Origin: Nitrospirota bacterium
Lineage (GTDB): Bacteria > Nitrospirota > Thermodesulfovibrionia > Thermodesulfovibrionales > Dissulfurispiraceae
DNA length: 64,000 nucleotides
Assembly (NCBI GenBank): GCA_963790025.1
Contig: CAWBMP010000004.1
Location: 608,001-672,000 of the forward strand
Direction of reading: 5' to 3'
The notes under the pieces are model-generated. The model did no database searches and had not been told where the DNA came from. It was given only the letters and a program-made list of their open reading frames with translations. How positions within the stretch are numbered: the first letter of the stretch is position 1; every line of letters starts with the position of its first letter. Below, one piece after another: positions 10,335-18,982 of the stretch. The position numbers and the translations under genes were made by a program.

Positions 10335-11852
10335 TTAGTACTTCGCGTATTTTGCTTGCAATAGCATACAGATTCGACTAAAAACTTGCGATATAATGCG
10401 ACGATCTCTGGGAGTCACTGCCTTTAGCACTATAAAGTGGGAAACAAGGAACAAAAAATATACCAAAACCGTGCCGATAATAGTAACGATAGACCCGCTC
10501 AAATGCGGTACATTCTGTACAAAAAGAAACGTCAGAAATATAGCGCTGCCAATGGAGGCGAGAATTAACAGGAAATGCTTGTCGATGGGATGCAAATGAT
10601 GCTGCTTGTAGAGCTGCCAGGAATACATGCCGATACCTCCCACGGCAACCGACAAGCCATAAACTCCGATTGCACCGTTAAGGCCCCAAAAGGTCAAAGC
10701 AGGGTAAAGTGTGAGCGCGACAACTATTCCGACAGTTAGACGTGTCATAAAAATAAAGCGTGTGTCACCATACGCTTTAAGGATGCTTTCCGTTGGCCCG
10801 GTGATCAGGTTCGCGAAGAATATACAGCTCATTATAGGAAGTATCTGCGCCACCGGTTTATATTTCAAACCAAACAAAAGAACAACAATCTCATAAGGAC
10901 AGATCAGCAAGGGGACAAACACCAATGAACCAATAACAACCGCCCAGCGAGTAGTCAGTCTATAGTCTTCTTTGAGTCGGTTTGTGTCGGAAGAACCGAG
11001 ATAAGATGACCACACCGAAAGCCCCGCAGCCTCGGTAACAGATGCACCGAGGTAAATAAAGCTCGCCATTGATATTGCCAGACTGTAGTAAGCGACCGCG
11101 TCGACGGATGTGAGGCTGCCGATGACGGCAGGCACCAAACTAAGCGGCCAGGCAACAATGCCGGATAGCAGAAGAGGGACAGAATACCGCATCAAATCTC
11201 GGGTAGTAACAGAGGAGCCACGTCCACTGAAGATCGCTGTAAACCTGAAAAGTCCTCGGAACAAAAAAAGAGAAACGGCAAATGGTATTACATACAAGGC
11301 AACAACAATATTCAGTGAACCCCCTTTGAAAGCAAGCAATAATCCTAATCCGCCTGAAAACAAAATCGCCGGCACGAGATCGACCATCATTATTTTAAAA
11401 TATAACCGGCCGGCGCCTTGATTGGCGGAGCCTATCAAATCAGCGCCCAACTTGAAAGGAATAGCCAGCGCCAAAATAACGGCGACTGTTGAAAACCTGG
11501 GATCATGAATAAAATGGTCTGCAATACTTGATGCCGACAACGCAACCAGAACAGCAATAAATACGCTGAAACTTAAAACCAAACGCAACCCTCTTGACAA
11601 CACCTCCAAAGACTTAGATAAATCAAGCTTAAAATAAAGACCAACAAAGCGGGCAATAGTATCAGTCATCCCAAGGCTTGAAAAAAAAACCAGCATGCTG
11701 AAAAGGGTCTGCGCAATGAAAAATATTCCCAGCTCCGCAGCGGAAAGCAGGCGGGCAAGCAACATTTTGCTAACAACACCCAATCCGATTATCGCAAATG
11801 TTCCAATATATGCAATTGACGAATTAACGGCAAGACTTCGCAAATTAGTCAT
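10335..11852 (-). CDS. wzx: Oligosaccharide flippase
   Basis: About 12-14 TM segments, LARLLSAAELG N-terminal MOP-family motif, context. Confidence 0.8.
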   Translation of the reverse strand: MTNLRSLAVNSSIAYIGTFAIIGLGVVSKMLLARLLSAAELGIFFIAQTLFSMLVFFSSLGMTDTIARFVGLYFKLDLSKSLEVLSRGLRLVLSFSVFIAVLVALSASSIADHFIHDPRFSTVAVILALAIPFKLGADLIGSANQGAGRLYFKIMMVDLVPAILFSGGLGLLLAFKGGSLNIVVALYVIPFAVSLFLFRGLFRFTAIFSGRGSSVTTRDLMRYSVPLLLSGIVAWPLSLVPAVIGSLTSVDAVAYYSLAISMASFIYLGASVTEAAGLSVWSSYLGSSDTNRLKEDYRLTTRWAVVIGSLVFVPLLICPYEIVVLLFGLKYKPVAQILPIMSCIFFANLITGPTESILKAYGDTRFIFMTRLTVGIVVALTLYPALTFWGLNGAIGVYGLSVAVGGIGMYSWQLYKQHHLHPIDKHFLLILASIGSAIFLTFLFVQNVPHLSGSIVTIIGTVLVYFLFLVSHFIVLKAVTPRDRRIISQVFSRICMLLQAKYAKY

Positions 11853-11860
11853 GATATGTT

Positions 11861-12817
11861 CTAATTTTGTGATCTCGGCAAAAAAGACCTGAATACAATC
11901 TTTTTGATGGCAAGAAAATAAAACCGGGGATCAATAAGCACGCATGGATAAAGAGAAATTGATCTCTCCAGCATTATTCTAATAGATTGCCATCTGCCAT
12001 TCGCTAACGCCTTTATTGCATGAAACATGCAGCTATACCCTAACTGCCGATCCCACTGACTCCTTAAACGAAGCAAACCTTTAGTCATCGGAAGAACGGC
12101 TGCGAAGATCGCTGTCTGTTGGTTTATTACATTAAGAACCAAATCACTGTTTTCCCTCGCCAGGATTTTACTGAGGTTGTTAGAATGAACCCGTACCAGC
12201 GCAAGTACTGATGGGATATAAACGAATCCTTCGTGGAATGCAACTTTGAGAGTCAGAACCTCATCGTCCCAGTAATTAACATCCCAATAACCATGCTTAA
12301 TAATACTATTTCGGCGAAACAAAATTGACGCAGGGTTCATGAGGTGAACCCTGGTCTGGATATTGAGCGCTTCCTCACCTCTTGCGACAAACTCATTTTT
12401 TGCTATATATCGTTCTTCGATAACATGCAAATCTTCCTTAACCGAAAAATGAGCACATTGAGCAAAGCCCACACTCGCATTTTGTTCTAATTCGGAAATC
12501 ATCCGCGCCAAAAACGTCGGTTCATACAGATCATCATGCGGGAGTATCGAAAAGTACTCTCCCTGAGCAAGTCGCGCACATTCATTCCAACTTCTTGGAG
12601 GCCTCAGATTAACATCCGTCCGGTGATACCGAATACGCCTATCATCAAACTGCCTTACAACATCTGGAGTATTGTCTGTAGAGCAGTCGTCGACAACGAT
12701 AATCTCAAAGTCCTGGAACGTTTGGTTCAGGACGCTTTGAATGGCCTGCCGTAGAAATTCCGGTTGATTGTAGGTCGGGATACCAATGCTCACCTTCGGC
12801 ACGTGAGAATTACTCAT
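11861..12817 (-). CDS. Glycosyltransferase family 2
   Basis: VSIGIPTYN, VVDDCSTD, HDD. Confidence 0.9.
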   Translation of the reverse strand: MSNSHVPKVSIGIPTYNQPEFLRQAIQSVLNQTFQDFEIIVVDDCSTDNTPDVVRQFDDRRIRYHRTDVNLRPPRSWNECARLAQGEYFSILPHDDLYEPTFLARMISELEQNASVGFAQCAHFSVKEDLHVIEERYIAKNEFVARGEEALNIQTRVHLMNPASILFRRNSIIKHGYWDVNYWDDEVLTLKVAFHEGFVYIPSVLALVRVHSNNLSKILARENSDLVLNVINQQTAIFAAVLPMTKGLLRLRSQWDRQLGYSCMFHAIKALANGRWQSIRIMLERSISLYPCVLIDPRFYFLAIKKIVFRSFLPRSQN

Positions 12818-13700
12818 GAATTGCACCTATGGCAAAAAGGTTCACTCCGGCCAGGTTAAGTCTCTTACCCAGATAAGCAGCAAATAATGCTATAACACGG
12901 GAAATCCCTCCAATTCCGCCAAATCTGTTGCAAAGCGAAAATTCCGTTTGGATGACTTCAGGGTAGGTTTGGGCGGAACATTCCAGGACTTTCAAGCCGG
13001 ATGCCGACAATGCCGCATAAAGCGATCCAGCCGACCAGAAACTGATGTGGTGCGGCGGATAATTCGCTTCGGGAAGTTTTCCTTCGCGTAGTTTTTTTCT
13101 CACCCTGATAAAATCCCGGTTGGGCACCGAGACAAATATAATCCCTCCATTATTCAGAAGCTTGCCGAGCGTGTTCAACAGTGTTGTGGGACCGCCGACA
13201 TGCTCGAGCACCTGGTTCAGCATGATCAGGTCAAACTTTAACCCCTCACTCAACAATTCATCCGCTGACTTAATCAGCGCCTTAACTCCAAAGAGGTCAT
13301 GTGCGACGCGAACCATTTCCGGGTTAAAATCAACCCCTACGACATCACAGCCGAAATTGCCGAAGTGCGCAGCATAAAAACCGGAACCACATCCATAATC
13401 CAGAACGCATATATTTTTCATCGGCCGGCGAATATATAGCCGTAAAGCTCGATCAATTTCATTAGCAACAGCTTGATTACCTGGCGGTATATTCCCCTGC
13501 TCAACTTGCTTATACAGTTGGTTATAGGTTTCATGTCCACAGTAATATGTCAAGTCACCGGGCACAAAGGGCCATGAAAACTCCAAGTCACATTGCGAAC
13601 ACTTTACAATTTTCCACTGCTTAAAAGTCCACATAACCTCTTCAGCTTCAGATTTGCATACCGGGCAAAAGATGTCGAGGCACTTTGAGAAGGTATTCAC
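12810..13700 (-). CDS. Class I SAM-dependent methyltransferase with N-terminal CxxC...CxxC
   Basis: CPVC/CSQC, VLDYGCGSG, VLEHV. Confidence 0.85.
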   Translation of the reverse strand: MNTFSKCLDIFCPVCKSEAEEVMWTFKQWKIVKCSQCDLEFSWPFVPGDLTYYCGHETYNQLYKQVEQGNIPPGNQAVANEIDRALRLYIRRPMKNICVLDYGCGSGFYAAHFGNFGCDVVGVDFNPEMVRVAHDLFGVKALIKSADELLSEGLKFDLIMLNQVLEHVGGPTTLLNTLGKLLNNGGIIFVSVPNRDFIRVRKKLREGKLPEANYPPHHISFWSAGSLYAALSASGLKVLECSAQTYPEVIQTEFSLCNRFGGIGGISRVIALFAAYLGKRLNLAGVNLFAIGAIHE

Positions 13701-14752
13701 CTGCGGACTCTCTGAGTGATATCAAAGTCCCGATATACAGCTTCAATACGCCGAGCCCTTTCCGTATACGTATGATGACAACAGACCTTTTCATAGGCTC
13801 GGGCAGCCATAACAGACCTTATGTGGTCGGCTGCCAGGTATTGGTCAAGCATTTCCCTCAGTTCTTGCTGACTTGAAAAATATGCAATCTCTTCGCCCTC
13901 CGTCCAGATATCATTCTGCTCGCTGGTCCGGGTTGATAGCATGAATCCGCCGCAAGCCGGGATCTCGAAAGTACGCATATTGTGAGCCGGGATATTCTGC
14001 TTTCTAATAAAGTTAAGGTTGATCTTTGTTGCACGACACACTTTGGAAAAATCATTTCCATACATCTCTTTATGTTGCCATTTTGCCTGAACACGCTTCG
14101 CCGCTTTCTGCCAGGCACAACCCCATATTTTCAAGCGATAATCCAATATGTGCGAAAGCCACAACTCTCTTTCTTCATCCCAGGACCCCACGAAAGCCAC
14201 ATCAGTGCCATACTCGGTCAAGTCTGTTTCTCCGAGGACAGCGGGCCGATGCAGATCGGGATCACAGGCAAAAGGCAGGTGAAACACCTCTCTCGCGCCT
14301 GCCGAGCGCAGTATTGGGATTAAAAACTCTCCCCAGGTCAGATGGACATCATAGAGAGGTATGGATTTTCTGATCCAGTCATTTGAGTTTCCGAAATGCC
14401 AGGTATTAAAGCTATTATCAGGGTTGAAATGCATCAGCACGGTCTCCGGGCTGAGTTTCCTGATCGTGGAAATAGTTTCAGGAGCAAAATAAAAACCCTT
14501 GAGTACCAGCAAGAGCTCCGGTTTCAACTCCAGGATATCCGAGATGAGTTGCTTTTGTACCATTAATGCTAACTGACGCCAAAATAGTCGATAAGCATAC
14601 TTATTGGTGGCCCACCTGTTTTGCCTGGCACATATCCTCTGGTCATCAAACACATAAACAACCCATCCCATCTTCTCAAAGCCCTTCTTTAAGCTGCCTG
14701 CAAGTCCCCCAAATACGGCACTTCCGCTGATCATGATGCTTCGGCCTCTCAT
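13697..14752 (-). CDS. Glycosyltransferase (CgeB/Glyco_trans_1_2 type)
   Basis: VAFVGS, NMRTFEIPACGG, HTYTERA. Start chosen at the ATGA overlap with the upstream gene. Confidence 0.8.
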   Translation of the reverse strand: MRGRSIMISGSAVFGGLAGSLKKGFEKMGWVVYVFDDQRICARQNRWATNKYAYRLFWRQLALMVQKQLISDILELKPELLLVLKGFYFAPETISTIRKLSPETVLMHFNPDNSFNTWHFGNSNDWIRKSIPLYDVHLTWGEFLIPILRSAGAREVFHLPFACDPDLHRPAVLGETDLTEYGTDVAFVGSWDEERELWLSHILDYRLKIWGCAWQKAAKRVQAKWQHKEMYGNDFSKVCRATKINLNFIRKQNIPAHNMRTFEIPACGGFMLSTRTSEQNDIWTEGEEIAYFSSQQELREMLDQYLAADHIRSVMAARAYEKVCCHHTYTERARRIEAVYRDFDITQRVRR

Positions 14753-15965
14753 TGCGCTGCCTCTTCCCACCTGGTTGCGAGACGAGGAATTGTCATTGCG
14801 ACTGCCTCCAGCAGGCCAACCCTGCATTGTTCATAACTCCAGTTGCGAATCATCCTCAGACTCTGCCGTCCCATATCAATACGCCGTTCCGGATCAACCA
14901 AAACCCTCTCCAGGACGTCAGCCAGTGATTGTTTATCGCCGGCTTTAATGTGATAGCCATTGATTCCATCTTTGACCAGGTCGGACACACAGCCGACTTC
15001 ATCGCCCACAATCACCGGCAAAGCTGCACACATTACTTCATTGACAATCAAACCCCAGGGCTCGTTTTCAGCCGGCAAAACAAAGACATCACTGGCGGCA
15101 TACACACGAGGCAAATCAGCCTGGTTGACAAATCCCCCAAAAAACACATTTGTCAGCTCCAGATTTTGCACCAAAATGCGCAGCTCTGCATCCATCTCGC
15201 CGCTACCCACCATAAGAACGGAAAAATCGTATCCGCGCCCCTTTAAGAGCGCCGCTGCACGGATAAGATCGTCAGGATGCTTTCGACGCATAAACTTCGA
15301 TGCATACAGCAGCACGGGTTTATCCAATGGCAACCCGAATCGAGTGCGAACCGAGTTGCGTTCTTCCTGAGTAAGTGACGCTGCGGCAATGAAGCGGTCG
15401 TTGTCAACTGTGTAAGGCATATGAAAGATTTTGCGGTCCGGAACACCCATGACGCGGTAGTACTGCCGGTTGGCACTACCTATGGCCAAAAATGCATCGA
15501 CCAATCTAAAGGCATGCTTGAGAACAAAGGTGTGTATCCTTCGCTTCCATTCGGGACTTCGTAAGCGCAGGTGCGTCTCCCCCGCATGAAAACCGGCAAC
15601 CCCTTCGATTTGGCAGCCAGGAAGGCAATGATATAGGCTGCGTAGTTGTAACCATGCAACCATACGATATCATAGTTGCCACTGCGTATCTCCGACCAAA
15701 TTTCAGGAACGATCAGCGACCAGAACCCGCCCAGGACCCGCTTTGAGAAACGCTTGCCCGGAAAAACGACGCGATAGCCGGACAACAAATCAATGTCCCA
15801 TTTAAATTCTTGTTTGAAACCCGGGTCTAAATCGCTCCGCTGACCGACATCACTACAATACAGGGCCGTAACTTCCAGTTCTTTGTCGCGATTCAAATAG
15901 GCATACAGCGGCGCAAAGTATTGAATGGGATGGGAATTGACTACCGCAATCCTGACCTTACGCAT
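14749..15965 (-). pseudogene. Glycosyltransferase family 4 split by a frameshift at a G5 run (15579-15583)
   Basis: N-part (SHPIQY...VFMRG) and C-part (ETHL...EPWGLIVNE) lie in different frames. One extra G restores MRGETH. Confidence 0.85.
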
Positions 15966-15992
15966 AGTCTCAAGAACGCTTGTCTTGCCGCC

Positions 15993-18902
15993 TCATTCCA
16001 GGCCCACCTGCAAGATTTTCCCGACAGCTTTCAAAACTTCCTCAATGCTTATTTTCTCCATGCAAAGATTATTATATTTGACGCACTCTTCCAGCATACA
16101 CCCTGCACATTCTGTTTCATGCCGCAAAACTATATGATTGTCACCGTACGGTTCCCATTTCCCCGGATAGTCTCTGGCGCTGAAAAGAGCCACGCATGGT
16201 TTGCCGACCATAGCAGCAAGGTGCATAGTGCCCGTATCGTTTCCAACATAAGCTCGACATCTTTCCAGCACCGCAGCCGATCCATAAATAGAAAGCTTTC
16301 CGGCAAGATTGCGAGATCTGGTTCCCCATCTTTGAGAAAGATAATCCCCTATCTTCTTATCCTCGTTCCCTCCGAGAATAAGGATTTCCAAATCAGGAAA
16401 AGTCTTTAGCAAACGATCACCCAGCTCAGCAAATCTCTCCTGAGACCATCTCTTGGCAGGCATCTTGGAGCCCGGCCCTATGGCTATTAACTCCGGGCAC
16501 GAGTTGATTCCTTCAGCATTCATAATCACCTGTGCCTGTGCTCTTTCCTTCTCCGGAATATTGAGTTCGAATTTGAAACCATTATCATTTTCTCCCATAA
16601 CGCTTAGAAGCCTCAACCACTCAGGTTCCAAGCGCGGCAATGTACCATCCGCATTTCTTTTCGGCGTTACATATCGTTCAGGCCCATAATATTGGGCAAT
16701 TCCAGCCAGGTGCCGGAAAAAAAATCTGTTTCGTTTATGCATCCAGGCCGTGCCACTGGAAACAAGCGAGAAAACATATGCCGGAGCTATTTTTTTCAAC
16801 TCCATTGCCAGACAAGCGATATTTCCGAATGTCTTATGTCGTTGATCAGCAGGCGAGTAAAACAACACGTCATCAAACCAGCCGGTCGGTCCCAGAACAT
16901 TCCATGAACTGATATAACTGCTTTTTTCAGGATGTCTGTTGGTAAGTAAAACCATACGGTAATCAGGATATTTTTTTCTGATAGCATCGATTGCAGGCAT
17001 TGCAACCAACGTATCACCAAGCTGCCCTATTCTAAAAATCAAGATTGTTGGGACCAGCCGCGATAAACTTTGCCCCTTTATTTTGTTCTGTCCTGCCGGG
17101 ACAGTAAGTTCTTTCCCTTCTCTTTGATAAACGATTTTCGCCCATTCCTTTAATCCCCTCTCTCCCGTTTTTCTGCCACCATCCATAAGCCACTGTCTCA
17201 CAGGCACAGAAAAACCTGTTTTCCCCCGATTAACGACCTCTTGGGGCAGCGGTTCCTTCGGTGTCCCGGCCATGTCTCTCTTACCAGGGTTACTACTCAT
17301 TTTAAGCAACGGGGCAATGGTCTGCAGCAATGTGGTGTCTACCATCGGCACACGAACTTCAAGCGAGTGGGCCATACTTGCCCAGTCTGTATCTCGCAAA
17401 AGCTGATTGCGCATATACCAGCATATTTCGAGGGCAGAGACCTTAAGATAATTACTGTTAATCCCTTTGATATTCTCTTCCAGCCTGATCAGGGTTTGAA
17501 GTTCCCTCCATCCTTCCCGTACCATGTCCCCATCAAGGAGTGCCGGCAGTTCCCAGGGCATGTACATGCCCCGTCTGAGCATATATGATCCGCTGTACGT
17601 GCAGCCATATTCAAGAAGCCCGGCATATTTTGAAGAGGTAAACTGTTTAAGCAGGCCGGCTGAAACAATTCGAAAAGTCTTTCCAAAAAACGGCACATTC
17701 CTGAAAGGTCCAAATATTTTTACCATAGCCGGTATCTGCTCAAAACTCGCATAACTTCCAAATAACTCATCGCCGCCAAGCCCTGACATAGCAACCTTCA
17801 ACCCTGCCTCTGCTGCAGCCTTGCTGATGAAATAGCTGTTTACACCATCGACAGTCGGCTGGTCCATGGCGTTTAAAAGGGGACCGGTCTCAGCCTTAAA
17901 GTCTTCCTTCGATACCCAGATCGTCTGATGCGAAGTATGATAGAAATCTGCAACTAATGTCGCCAGGGCAGCTTCATCGTCATGTGTATCGATATATTCC
18001 CTGAACCCTAATGTGACCGTATTCAGTCTGCTTTTTGCAAGTTCTGAGGATAGGGCTACAAGAGTACCCGAATCAAGGCCTGCCGACAAGAAAACTCCAA
18101 CAGGAACGTCAGCTATAAGATGATGCCTGACCGTATCGAGAAGGGCTTCGCGCAGCTTCTCATGCATTTCTTTTGCATTGCATTGAAATGGCGAATGATC
18201 GGCTTTTGCAAAGATAGCTGGAATACTGAAAAAATTCTTTAAGGTTTGTTCACCTTTTTCATCGACACGCAGATATGTGCCGGCAGGTAAAGAACGGATG
18301 CCCTTATACATTGTATATGGCTCGGGAACGTGCCCCCAAAGAAAGAAACCCACATGCCCGGCAGGATCGGGGCTGATGTCTATTTGCCCTCCGGCGAGCA
18401 GGGCCTTGACCTGTGAAGCCGCTCGGAAAGTCCTTCCATCATCCGCATAATAAAGCGGTTTAATGCCAAAAGGGTCACGGGCAAGAAAAAGCTCCTTTCT
18501 CCGTGCGTCCCAGATAACGAAGGCATACATGCCTCGCAGGTCATGGACCATGTCGGGACCTTTTTCAGCATAGAGATGCAGAAGCACTTCTGTATCACAT
18601 GCAGATTTGAAACTGTATCCTTTTGCTTCAAGCTGAGCGCGTAAAGGTTGATAGTTATAGATCTCGCCATTGAATGTTATGACAAAACTTCCATCGGCAT
18701 TCTGCATGGGCTGGGCGCCTCTCTCTGAAAGATCAATTATGGCAAGCCGCCTATGTCCCAACCCCACACGATTATTGTATGCATACCACTCCCCTGCACC
18801 GTCGGGACCACGTGAGAGCATATGATCCCTGATATTCAGGAGTTCGGTACGATCAACGCCGGAATGGTTGTTATAAGCAAATATCGAAACTATTCCGCAC
18901 AT
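15993..18902 (-). CDS. AsnB-like amidotransferase fused to a C-terminal GT9 (heptosyltransferase-like) domain
   Basis: MCGIVS start at 18902 with AsnB motifs, then RIGQLGD, GPGSKMPAKRW and GNDTGTMHLAA in the same frame. Confidence 0.85.
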   Translation of the reverse strand: MCGIVSIFAYNNHSGVDRTELLNIRDHMLSRGPDGAGEWYAYNNRVGLGHRRLAIIDLSERGAQPMQNADGSFVITFNGEIYNYQPLRAQLEAKGYSFKSACDTEVLLHLYAEKGPDMVHDLRGMYAFVIWDARRKELFLARDPFGIKPLYYADDGRTFRAASQVKALLAGGQIDISPDPAGHVGFFLWGHVPEPYTMYKGIRSLPAGTYLRVDEKGEQTLKNFFSIPAIFAKADHSPFQCNAKEMHEKLREALLDTVRHHLIADVPVGVFLSAGLDSGTLVALSSELAKSRLNTVTLGFREYIDTHDDEAALATLVADFYHTSHQTIWVSKEDFKAETGPLLNAMDQPTVDGVNSYFISKAAAEAGLKVAMSGLGGDELFGSYASFEQIPAMVKIFGPFRNVPFFGKTFRIVSAGLLKQFTSSKYAGLLEYGCTYSGSYMLRRGMYMPWELPALLDGDMVREGWRELQTLIRLEENIKGINSNYLKVSALEICWYMRNQLLRDTDWASMAHSLEVRVPMVDTTLLQTIAPLLKMSSNPGKRDMAGTPKEPLPQEVVNRGKTGFSVPVRQWLMDGGRKTGERGLKEWAKIVYQREGKELTVPAGQNKIKGQSLSRLVPTILIFRIGQLGDTLVAMPAIDAIRKKYPDYRMVLLTNRHPEKSSYISSWNVLGPTGWFDDVLFYSPADQRHKTFGNIACLAMELKKIAPAYVFSLVSSGTAWMHKRNRFFFRHLAGIAQYYGPERYVTPKRNADGTLPRLEPEWLRLLSVMGENDNGFKFELNIPEKERAQAQVIMNAEGINSCPELIAIGPGSKMPAKRWSQERFAELGDRLLKTFPDLEILILGGNEDKKIGDYLSQRWGTRSRNLAGKLSIYGSAAVLERCRAYVGNDTGTMHLAAMVGKPCVALFSARDYPGKWEPYGDNHIVLRHETECAGCMLEECVKYNNLCMEKISIEEVLKAVGKILQVGLE

Positions 18903-18982
18903 AATAAAAGAGGAAAATGCCGGTGCTGCCAGAGGGCAGCAATAACCTGTGACCAAAAGCCACCCGAAATTTGTCGCAAGTG

